From positions 2,646,877 through 2,670,876 of the forward strand of contig NZ_JADPMR010000001.1 of assembly GCF_015686695.1 (NCBI RefSeq): 24,000 bases of DNA, read 5' to 3'. This DNA is from Vibrio nitrifigilis. Its GTDB lineage: Bacteria > Pseudomonadota > Gammaproteobacteria > Enterobacterales > Vibrionaceae. Position 1 is the stretch's first letter, and every line of letters starts with the position of its first letter. Below the pieces are notes generated by a model. That model did not search any database and was not told the DNA's origin. It saw only the letters and a program-made list of their open reading frames with translations. A program made the position numbers and the translations under genes. Shown here piece after piece: positions 1 through 7,943 of this stretch.

Positions 1-593
1 AAAAGATCGATTCTAAAAAGGTTAACTGGTTATCATCAAGTTTGTTCGATTTATCTGCACCTTATGCATTTCGTCATCGTGTTCTCAGTATGGTAACGGA
101 TCAGGCTAATATCGCAGATAATCATGATGACCGAACATATTGGAATCATTTATTAACTCAGTTAGAGCATTGGCAATACTCTAAACGGATTTTTTTACCT
201 GTTGATCCTGATATGACGGGGTTAAATAAAGATGATAACCCTACGTTAGCGGGTAAGTGGTTCCTCCGCTTAAATGAGAATCCAAATACTGTTTGGGTGT
301 TAGGTCAAGTTGATCGGCCGGGCAAATATGAATGGCGCAATAGAACCAGTGCTAGACAATATATAAAGAGCGCTCATTGGGAGAGCTATACAGAGTTTGT
401 CTATGTTATTCAGCCAGATGGTCGAGTTGAAAAACAATCTGTCGCGTATTGGAAAGATAACTTTTTAGAAGTCGCTCCTGGGGCCATTATTTTTGTGCCA
501 ATGCCTTTTATTCAATCATCGCTACATCCTGAATACACCATTAATAATCCGAACGATATGATCGTTGAATTATTGAGAAATCGCATTCAATGA
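1..593 (+). CDS. yjbG: YjbG/GfcC-family polysaccharide export accessory protein, C-terminal part (5' end outside the window)
   Basis: The frame is open from nt 3 to the TGA at 591-593, so the listed TTG at 42 is probably internal. The stop overlaps the yjbH ATG (ATGA at 590-593), as in yjbEFGH operons. The assignment rests mainly on position directly upstream of a clear YjbH homologue; I did not recognise the family independently. Confidence 0.55.
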   Translation, partial: KIDSKKVNWLSSSLFDLSAPYAFRHRVLSMVTDQANIADNHDDRTYWNHLLTQLEHWQYSKRIFLPVDPDMTGLNKDDNPTLAGKWFLRLNENPNTVWVLGQVDRPGKYEWRNRTSARQYIKSAHWESYTEFVYVIQPDGRVEKQSVAYWKDNFLEVAPGAIIFVPMPFIQSSLHPEYTINNPNDMIVELLRNRIQ

Positions 594-2785
594 AGAAATT
601 ATTTTTTAATGCTACAAAGCCATTGAGCTTATGTACAGCAGCCGTACTGTCCGTTTTTTCTCCACAGAGTCTGTCAGATGAATTCAGTGGCCCAGTATTA
701 CAACACTCTCAATCAGATTTTGGTGGTGTAGGGTTAATGCAGATGCCATCGGCACGGATGATGGATGATGGCGAGCTAAGTTTAAATATCACTCGCAATG
801 ATGAATACATTAATTATGCAATTTCATTGCAGCTTTTTCCGTGGTTAGAGTCAACCATACGTTATACCCAAGTGTATGATTTACTTTATAGCGATGATGA
901 GTCTTTTAGTGGTTCAACAAAATATACAGACAAATCTATTGATTTGAAGTTAAACCTTATCAAAGAAGGCTACCTGTTACCTGATGTGTCAATTGGTTTA
1001 CGAGATATCGGTGGTACAGGGCTGTTTGATGGGGAGTATGTTGCGGCCAGTAAACAGTTTGGTCCTTTTGATATTACTCTTGGGTTGGGGTGGGGCTATA
1101 TTGGTAACCGTGGCAATCTAAGTAATAAAACAGCCGATACTACCGATTGTGGTCGCGATTCTGCTTTTACCTCTACTGGGGGAAGTCTTGAGGCCGGTCG
1201 TATGTTTACCGGCTGTAAAGCATTGTTTGGCGGTATTGAATATCAAACGCCTTTTGAGCCACTTGTGCTTAAACTCGAATATGATGGTAATGACTATCAA
1301 AGCGATTTCCCTGTCACTAGGGGAAGTATTTCAATGCCAGATGATACTCCGTGGAACGTTGGCCTTGTGTACTCTTTAGCAGACTGGGCGAAACTTCGCC
1401 TTAGTTATGAACGAGGGAATACTCTTTCGGCAGGCATTTCTGTAGCAACCAATCTTGCAAACTTACGTCCTACCTGGCTAGAAGATAATAAGAAACCTAG
1501 TTATGCACCGAAACCAACGACATCGGATCTGACGCCAAAACAATGGAAAAAGCTGACTGAGGATTTGGGTAATATAGCCGGTTATCGTGAAGCATCGGTC
1601 TATCAAAGTCGTCATACCATTACTGTTGAAGGTGAACAGAAAAAGTATCGAGATCGGAAAATTGCTGAAGAAAGAGCTGCTCTTCTTATTGCGAATACGG
1701 GGATTAATGCCAAATCGTATCGCATTATTGAAACGAAGCAGCATTTACCGGTAACCCAGACTGAAATTAACGCCTATTCGTTCAAACGAGTCGCAGATAA
1801 TGATTATCCAGAGGCAAAGTTTGACGATGCAAGACAATCTCAAGAAACTACGCCTGTAGAGGGGCAGCTCAAAGCGAATTCTGTTAATGATTTGTCGTAT
1901 GGTTTATCTCCGTCACTGAAACAGTCGTTTGGCGCCTCTGAAGGTTTTTATCTGTATGCCTTGGGTGTTAATGCGGGGATAACATACAATGCGGGCCGGC
2001 ATTTTGTTTTTTCTGGCGGGTTATACGGAGATATCAATAACAACTACGATAAGTTTAAATATACAGTGCCACCAGATGGAACCAGCTTGAAACGGGTTAG
2101 AACTCTGGCAAGACAATATTTAGATCAGCGTGTTTTGGTGAGTAATCTGCAATTAACCTATTTTGATCGCTGGTCTGATAATTTGTATGCACAAGCTTAT
2201 GCAGGCTATCTCGAGACCATGTTTGCTGGTTATGGTTCAGAGCTTTTGTATCGTCCGAGAGATACTAATTGGGCGATTGGTATTAATGGTAACTATGTTA
2301 TCCAGCGTGATCCCAATAGTCTATTCGGTCTCTTTAAGCAGGAAAGACATTACGATACGCAAACTAATCGTTATTACTATGTGCAAACTGGCGGTTACAC
2401 GGGCCATGCCACATTATATTGGGAACCTCAGTTTACTTCTCTCTTAGACAATACTCGTCTTAAAGTGAGTGTCGGACAATATCTTACTGGGGATAAAGGC
2501 GTAACGGTCGATTATTCTAAACAGTTTGATAGTGGTGTGATTGCTGGTGTGTTTGCCACCAAAACTAACCTATCTGCCGCAGAATATGGTGAAGGTAGCT
2601 TTACCAAGGGCTTTTATATTTCGATTCCATTCGATGTCATGACGGTGAAACCAAGCGTTAATAGAGCTAACTTGTCTTGGCAGCCTCTGACCCGTGATGG
2701 AGGGCAGATGTTGGGTCGGAAATACGGTTTATACGATTTAACTGATGCTCGTTCTCCTTGGTTTACGCGAGCAATCGCAGAATAA
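590..2785 (+). CDS. yjbH: YjbH-family outer-membrane exopolysaccharide production protein
   Basis: 731-aa ORF with an N-terminal signal sequence. Long blocks match my recollection of E. coli YjbH: SQSDFGGVGLMQMPSARM, LQLFPWLESTIRYT, GLRDIGGTGLFDGEYVAASK, LKLEYDGNDYQSDF, YLETMFAGYGSELLYRP, PLTRDGGQMLGRKYGLYD. Confidence 0.93.
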   Translation: MKKLFFNATKPLSLCTAAVLSVFSPQSLSDEFSGPVLQHSQSDFGGVGLMQMPSARMMDDGELSLNITRNDEYINYAISLQLFPWLESTIRYTQVYDLLYSDDESFSGSTKYTDKSIDLKLNLIKEGYLLPDVSIGLRDIGGTGLFDGEYVAASKQFGPFDITLGLGWGYIGNRGNLSNKTADTTDCGRDSAFTSTGGSLEAGRMFTGCKALFGGIEYQTPFEPLVLKLEYDGNDYQSDFPVTRGSISMPDDTPWNVGLVYSLADWAKLRLSYERGNTLSAGISVATNLANLRPTWLEDNKKPSYAPKPTTSDLTPKQWKKLTEDLGNIAGYREASVYQSRHTITVEGEQKKYRDRKIAEERAALLIANTGINAKSYRIIETKQHLPVTQTEINAYSFKRVADNDYPEAKFDDARQSQETTPVEGQLKANSVNDLSYGLSPSLKQSFGASEGFYLYALGVNAGITYNAGRHFVFSGGLYGDINNNYDKFKYTVPPDGTSLKRVRTLARQYLDQRVLVSNLQLTYFDRWSDNLYAQAYAGYLETMFAGYGSELLYRPRDTNWAIGINGNYVIQRDPNSLFGLFKQERHYDTQTNRYYYVQTGGYTGHATLYWEPQFTSLLDNTRLKVSVGQYLTGDKGVTVDYSKQFDSGVIAGVFATKTNLSAAEYGEGSFTKGFYISIPFDVMTVKPSVNRANLSWQPLTRDGGQMLGRKYGLYDLTDARSPWFTRAIAE

Positions 2786-2809
2786 TGTAGAAAACACATC
2801 TTACATATG

Positions 2810-2841
2810 TACATCCGTATGCTTCATAGTGTACGGATGTA
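2810..2841 (+). terminator. Hairpin downstream of yjbH (probable terminator)
   Basis: A perfect 10-bp stem, TACATCCGTA (2810-2819) / TACGGATGTA (2832-2841), with a 12-nt loop. An AT-rich tract containing TTTTT follows, but not immediately. Confidence 0.5.
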
Positions 2842-2893
2842 ATCAATATAGTTTTTAAACGTCAATTGTTGAATGTAACTGGTTGTTTATAAT

Positions 2894-3166
2894 GTGAAAA
2901 TTTTAATCACGGGCGGGGCTGGTTTTATCGGTTATGCTGTTGTTCGCCAGATCATCAATCACACACAAGATTCAGTGATTAATGTGGATAAACTTACCTA
3001 GGCAGGTAACTTAGAATCTCTTTACTCTGTCGATAAGAGTGAGCGCTATGCATTTGAACATGCTTATATTTGCGACCGAGCTGCTATGGATCGCATTTTT
3101 GCTCAACATCAGCAAGATGCCGTGATGCATTTAGCTGTGGAATCTCATGTCGACCGTTCGATTGAT
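2894..3166 (+). pseudogene. rfbB: dTDP-glucose 4,6-dehydratase (RfbB/RmlB) N-terminal relic, about 91 codons, with an in-frame TAG
   Basis: Translation from the GTG at 2894 gives [43 protein letters not shown]...[16 protein letters not shown]. This is the Rossmann GxxGxxG N-terminus and the [12 protein letters not shown] block of RmlB. The TAG at 2999-3001 replaces the conserved Tyr of KLTYAGN. The homology stops after SID, about 260 codons short of full length. Confidence 0.85.
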
Positions 3167-3451
3167 ATGCGCAAAGATTCGGCAACATTTGGTCAATGGG
3201 TTGGTGTTTATTTATCCGCTGAGAATAAACGTTAGTTCTGGATCCCTGCTGGTTTTGCGCACGGTTTTTATGTGACGAGTGACGAAGCTGAGTTTGTTTA
3301 CAAGTGTACTGATTATTACAATCCAAAATCTGAAGTGAGTTTACTTTGGAACGATAAAACGGTTGCTGTGGAATGGCCATTAGATGGTGAACCTTTACTC
3401 TCTGCGAAAGATGTTGAAGGACTGGAATTTAGCCAAGCACCACGACTGTAG
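3167..3451 (+). pseudogene. rfbC: dTDP-4-dehydrorhamnose 3,5-epimerase (RfbC/RmlC) C-terminal relic, fused in frame to the rfbB relic, with an in-frame TAG
   Basis: The same frame continues as [55 protein letters not shown]...WPL. This matches RmlC (DLRKNSPTF..W.G..LSAENKRQLWIPEGFAHGF..SDEAEFLYK.T.YY.P..E). The TAG at 3233-3235 replaces the conserved Gln. The natural stop is at 3449-3451. Confidence 0.85.
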
Positions 3452-3482
3452 TTTTCTTCTCAAGAACCTTGTTATACATGCG

Positions 3483-3513
3483 AAAGCCACCTACTTAGTT
3501 AGGTGGCTTTTTT
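3483..3513. terminator. Bidirectional intrinsic terminator between the rfb relic (+) and the acyltransferase (-)
   Basis: Stem AAAGCCACCT (3483-3492) / AGGTGGCTTT (3501-3510), followed by a T-run on the plus strand. On the minus strand the A-rich side supplies the U-tract. Confidence 0.7.
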
Positions 3514-3563
3514 ACATCTAACATCGGTGAAACCAAGTTAGCGTTATGGTTGCTAGCTTATAA

Positions 3564-4583
3564 TTACCCTGTAAACACCATTCGAATGTTTTTTTTCATA
3601 TCATTTGGCAGTGACTCTTTATTGATGATCAGGCTGACTATGCGGGTTTGGAGATACGTAATTATTCCTGCGGAAATATACGTGAGTAAGTATTTTTCAA
3701 GATAATGATTATCAGGCAATAGCGTAATGAAGAGAATGTGCCATAGGTAAACCCAGATAGAGTTTTGTGCCACAAAAAATACTACCCCCGATAGTTTTAT
3801 TGATTCTACAAACGAAACGATTTTGTCGCTGATAGACCATAATATGGCAAAGACAAAAATAGAGTAAGAAAAATAATAAAACGAAGGGGGGTACTTGTAG
3901 TCTTGTGTTGAGATTGAGCTGTCCGTATAGCTACCTAGATACCAACGTGTGATAACAAAGGTCGCGATTGCCACAAGAAACGTTGCGATAAGTTCTGGTT
4001 TTTTGAACTGATAAATGCGCAGACCAAGCGCAAAGATCAATGAGTAAGCAAGCACGTAGTGACTAACTAAAGAGATTAAACGCAGTTTACCGCCGTGAAT
4101 GTAGGGCAATGAATAATAACGGAATACCTCATAAGCAATAGCGAGGATTGCTAATGTTAGCAGATAACGAGTGTTGCTCTTCTCTTTTTGATTCCAGTGG
4201 TAAAGAAGCGGTGATACTAACGCGACGAGTAGGAATACTCGAATAATCCACACATAACCAATGCCATCGGTAAGAAAATACGATTTGGCCATTATTTTGA
4301 GATTAAGGTCAATGGTATGAGGGAATACGTGCGTCATCAGCAAGAAGAATATCGATAAAAATGCCCATACAGGAAGTACCAAACGTTTAAATCTTTTCCA
4401 TACGTAAAGCGAAAATGTTTCTTTATTTTTGAAGCTAATGGAAAAGGAAATACCAGAGATGATGACCATGATAGGAACATCGAAGTTACGAATTTGCATG
4501 ATGAGATCTGGTGGTTCGACGTGGGCGAGTATAATCATGGATAGGCCGATGAACCTTAAAAGATCGATTCTTTTGTCTCTCAT
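3564..4583 (-). CDS. Acyltransferase family 3 (polysaccharide O-acyl/acetyltransferase type) integral membrane protein
   Basis: 339-aa polytopic membrane protein. It begins MRDKRIDLLRFIGLSMIILAHV, the R-x-D/W-x-D-x-L-R/K...(I/V)xxxH signature typical of Acyl_transf_3 proteins, and has about 10 hydrophobic segments. Confidence 0.8.
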   Translation of the reverse strand: MRDKRIDLLRFIGLSMIILAHVEPPDLIMQIRNFDVPIMVIISGISFSISFKNKETFSLYVWKRFKRLVLPVWAFLSIFFLLMTHVFPHTIDLNLKIMAKSYFLTDGIGYVWIIRVFLLVALVSPLLYHWNQKEKSNTRYLLTLAILAIAYEVFRYYSLPYIHGGKLRLISLVSHYVLAYSLIFALGLRIYQFKKPELIATFLVAIATFVITRWYLGSYTDSSISTQDYKYPPSFYYFSYSIFVFAILWSISDKIVSFVESIKLSGVVFFVAQNSIWVYLWHILFITLLPDNHYLEKYLLTYISAGIITYLQTRIVSLIINKESLPNDMKKNIRMVFTG

Positions 4584-4880
4584 TTTTCTAACCTTATAAG
4601 TGTTAATAATCGATTTAAGGCTATCATTCGAAATTAAGAGGCTATCGAGCTTAAGTGAGGTTTTTGTTAATAATTTTAGTCTGGAAATGGGATCGCAAAA
4701 GAGTGTTGTGATTGCATATTTTTTACAACGATTTGGTACGGGTATGTTTCGTCGGTGGTGCTTATTTTTGAGTATTGAGTGATTTCTCGAGTCATACCGA
4801 ATTTTTTATTCGCTAACTTAAAGAGATGCGCAGAGATTTTTCCTATGGTTATACAGGAATGAATGATCTAGGGGGGAAGT

Positions 4881-6245
4881 ATGTTGCAGCATACTGTTGT
4901 GCATCATGGTGGTCATCATACGGTCACTGGTTCATGTCATGAGCTGAAATGGGGATCAAGCAGTCTACTTATTGATTGCGGATTATTTCAAGGAAATGAA
5001 CGAGCAGAGCAAAATTTAGAGATTGATTTCTCACTTGATTCAGTTTGTGGGTTAGTGCTTACTCACTCCCATATAGACCATGTGGGCAGACTTCCTTGGC
5101 TGATTGCTGCTGGGTTTCGTCAACCGATTTACTGTACACCAGCGACGGCTGAATTGGTCCCTTTAATGCTTGAAGATAGCCTCAAACTGCAAACCTCTTT
5201 GACAGCTAAACAGAGCAGTAAAGTTATCGATGTGATTAAGCAATTGATGGTTCCAATGGAATATGGTCATTGGTATTCCATTGACTGGTTTAATCATAAC
5301 TCTGCTGATATCGCCTATTTTAACGAGTGGTCGGTCGATCTTCGTTTTAATCCTGCAGGCCATATTCTTGGTTCTGCGTTTATTGAATGTCGGTTGCCAA
5401 ACCAAGACATCGTGGTTTTCTCTGGCGACTTAGGCCCAACACATACGCCTTTACTCCCTGACCCGATTTCTCCACCTCATGCTGATTATCTCTATATCGA
5501 AACAACTTATGGAAATAAATGCCACGAAAGTGTTGAGCAGCGCAGTATGCGCTTGGCAACGATTATTGATCGATCATTAGCTGATGGTGGGGTGATATTA
5601 ATACCTGCTTTTAGTGTTGGGCGCACTCAGGAGTTGTTATTTGATATTGAACGATTGATACATGAACATGATTTACAACCGGATATCCCCATTATTTTGG
5701 ATTCTCCAATGGCAAGTAAAGTCACTGAGTCTTATCGTCACTTTAAGATGTTGTGGGGCAAAGAAGCTAAAAAACGTCTTTCTCAGCATCGTCATCCTCT
5801 AGCATTCGAGCAATGTATTACGATTCCGGATTATGCCTCCCACTTGAAGTTGGTGAATCGCTTGGCGTCAACGGGAGAGCCTGCGATTGTTGTTGCTGCA
5901 TCCGGTATGTGCGAAGGGGGAAGAATTATTGACTATCTGAAAGCTTTATTACCTGATTCACGTACTGATGTTATTTTCGCTGGCTATCAAGCAGTTGGAA
6001 CCTTGGGCCATGAGCTGCAAAGTGGTCAAGGCCACGTTGATATTGATGGGGTGCAAGTTGAAGTGAACGCTCACATTCACTCTATGTCCGGTTACTCTGC
6101 TCATGCTGACAAAGAGGATCTATTACGCTTTATTCAAGGTATTAAAGAGAAACCGAAATCCATCCGCCTGATTCATGGGGTTAAGACTGTCCAAGAAGAT
6201 TTCGCCCAAGAGTTAAAGATGCTTGGATATGACGTGGAATCCTGA
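4881..6245 (+). CDS. MBL-fold beta-CASP hydrolase (RNA-metabolising type); probably the counterpart of the Vibrio polysaccharide-locus 'right junction gene' rjg
   Basis: 454 aa. It has the HxHxDH motif (LTHSHIDHVGRLPW), further beta-CASP style motifs (FSGDLG, ETTYG, SGYSAHAD) and a C-terminal RNA-specificity-like region (IRLIHG). The rjg equivalence comes from my recollection of Vibrio O-antigen/capsule loci and from position, and is not verified. Confidence 0.85.
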   Translation: MLQHTVVHHGGHHTVTGSCHELKWGSSSLLIDCGLFQGNERAEQNLEIDFSLDSVCGLVLTHSHIDHVGRLPWLIAAGFRQPIYCTPATAELVPLMLEDSLKLQTSLTAKQSSKVIDVIKQLMVPMEYGHWYSIDWFNHNSADIAYFNEWSVDLRFNPAGHILGSAFIECRLPNQDIVVFSGDLGPTHTPLLPDPISPPHADYLYIETTYGNKCHESVEQRSMRLATIIDRSLADGGVILIPAFSVGRTQELLFDIERLIHEHDLQPDIPIILDSPMASKVTESYRHFKMLWGKEAKKRLSQHRHPLAFEQCITIPDYASHLKLVNRLASTGEPAIVVAASGMCEGGRIIDYLKALLPDSRTDVIFAGYQAVGTLGHELQSGQGHVDIDGVQVEVNAHIHSMSGYSAHADKEDLLRFIQGIKEKPKSIRLIHGVKTVQEDFAQELKMLGYDVES

Positions 6246-6859
6246 TGGGAAGAAAAGGTCGCTTTGATTGTTCTCAAGCTCGATCACTGCGAGTCCGTGG
6301 GTGAGGAAGACGAGTATCTCGCTACGAAAGGGTTTTTAATTACTGATTAAAATCACGCCTGTGTCAGAGTTATTTAAGATATTATTTCCTATTAAGAAAT
6401 AGTCTGCATCCGAATAATTTATTGAACTACATCACATTTAAGGATAAAAATAGGGGTGTGATTAATAGAGATGACGATGACCTAAAGACAGACATTACTA
6501 ACCATTCGGTGTTCTATCACTGCCTGTGTGTCTAAGTTATCGAGCAGTATTCTCTATCCTGTCTTATACTCCTTGGGATTAGTGGTTTATTAACAAATGC
6601 CACAGTAACCGTAAGATTCGAAGGATAATTCCTCAGGCAGCAACCAAACGAACTAATGATCTTATCATGCAACCACTGCTTCAGGCTGAGGTTAGGCGTG
6701 ACGTTTATTATGGCTTGAAGCCAATGCTGGGGGTTTTGATCATGGTTTCCTCTCAATGCGTGTTCATTGAGAAGGGTTGGATTATCATATTTTATTCATA
6801 CATTGTTGGGGATGGCATGTATACGCTTAATAAAGTACTGATGAGGGATATGTTCCGAT

Positions 6860-7060
6860 ATGTTTGAAGAATTAGCGCTGGGCGGGCTGTTATTTAGCCC
6901 CTTGGTCTTATTTGCGCCATTGGCATTTATCCTATCTTGGATTACGCGGGTGATTCTTTATAAGACTGGTGTATATGCCAAAATTTGGAGAGCGGCTTGG
7001 TTTGAAGTCGGTCTTTACGTCTGTTATCTCGCATTAGTCGTATATTTACTTGGGAGCTAA
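6860..7060 (+). CDS. aaeX: DUF1656 small membrane protein (AaeX-like)
   Basis: 66 aa with two TM segments, located immediately (9 nt) upstream of an AaeA-like gene. Size and position match E. coli aaeX. A GAGGG SD lies about 11 nt upstream of the ATG. Confidence 0.7.
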   Translation: MFEELALGGLLFSPLVLFAPLAFILSWITRVILYKTGVYAKIWRAAWFEVGLYVCYLALVVYLLGS

Positions 7061-7069
7061 TAAAAAATT

Positions 7070-7942
7070 ATGTCAAAAACAGTACGTATCTCACTGACTC
7101 TAGCCGTCGTGGTGATTGCATTATTAGCAGGCCAATGGATTTGGTCTCACTATATGTATTCACCTTGGACTCGTGATGGCCGAGTTCGCGCTGATGTGAT
7201 TACTATCGCTCCTGATGTTTCTGGCTGGGTAACCGAGTTGGATGTTAAAGATAACCAACACGTCAACAAAGGCGACGTTATCTTTACGGTCGATTCAACG
7301 CGTTATAAAGCGACCATTGCACAACTTGAAGCTCAGGTGGAAAGTGATCGTTACTCATTAGAATTAGCCAAGCATCAATACGAACGTCGTAAGAAGTTGA
7401 GTACTAACGGCAAATTAGTGAGTGATGAAACGGCAGAAAGTGCCCGTATCAAAACAAAGTTAGCAGAAGCTGCCTTAAAGCTGAGCGAAGCAAAACTTCA
7501 AGCTGCACAAATTGATTTGGAGCGTTCGGTTATTCGAGCGCCTGCTGACGGGACCATTATTAACCTGACATTGCGCCAAGGTAACTATGTCAGCAAAGGT
7601 AAGTCGGTATTGTCGTTGGTGAAAGATGGATCGCTTTACGTGACTGGGTATTTCGAAGAAACAAAAGTCCCTATGATTCATGTCGGTCAGACTGCAACGA
7701 TTACTTTGATGAGTGGCGGTAAGCCATTGACTGGCAAGGTAACGAGTATTGGTAAAGCGATAGCAGACACTAACACCAACGGGAACTCTCAATTATTACC
7801 TCAAGTTCAACAAACCTTTAACTGGGTGCGCTTAGCGCAACGTATTCCGGTTGATATTCAGTTGGATTCCGTGGATAAAAATGTGAATTTAAGTGCGGGG
7901 ATGACCGTTTCCATTCATATGAACCAAGAGCAAGAACAGTAA
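7070..7942 (+). CDS. aaeA: HlyD-family periplasmic adaptor / efflux membrane fusion protein (AaeA-like)
   Basis: 290 aa with an N-terminal TM anchor. Blocks match E. coli AaeA: SPWTRDGRVRADVITIAPDVSG, LERSVIRAPADG, NWVRLAQRIPV. Confidence 0.88.
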   Translation: MSKTVRISLTLAVVVIALLAGQWIWSHYMYSPWTRDGRVRADVITIAPDVSGWVTELDVKDNQHVNKGDVIFTVDSTRYKATIAQLEAQVESDRYSLELAKHQYERRKKLSTNGKLVSDETAESARIKTKLAEAALKLSEAKLQAAQIDLERSVIRAPADGTIINLTLRQGNYVSKGKSVLSLVKDGSLYVTGYFEETKVPMIHVGQTATITLMSGGKPLTGKVTSIGKAIADTNTNGNSQLLPQVQQTFNWVRLAQRIPVDIQLDSVDKNVNLSAGMTVSIHMNQEQEQ

Positions 7943-7943
7943 T

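Noticed and set aside
1118-2447. Short ORFs inside or antisense to yjbH (1118-1300 minus, 1149-1379 plus, 1478-1744 minus, 2163-2447 plus).
   Set aside because: They lie entirely within a strongly supported 731-aa CDS. Their composition is low-complexity or hydrophobic, typical of shadow frames, and I saw no SD or recognisable motifs.
3084-3380. A 98-aa minus-strand ORF across the rfb relic.
   Set aside because: It is antisense to sequence that translates cleanly as RmlB/RmlC on the plus strand. Its product is Q/N/S-rich with no recognisable family.
4600-4782. A 60-aa plus-strand ORF in the acyltransferase / beta-CASP divergent intergenic region.
   Set aside because: It has no SD and an implausible product. 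The region is more simply explained as the divergent promoter region.
6245-6304. A 19-codon basic ORF overlapping the beta-CASP stop (TGATG).
   Set aside because: It is too short, has no supporting conservation or SD evidence, and is noted only within the spacer finding.
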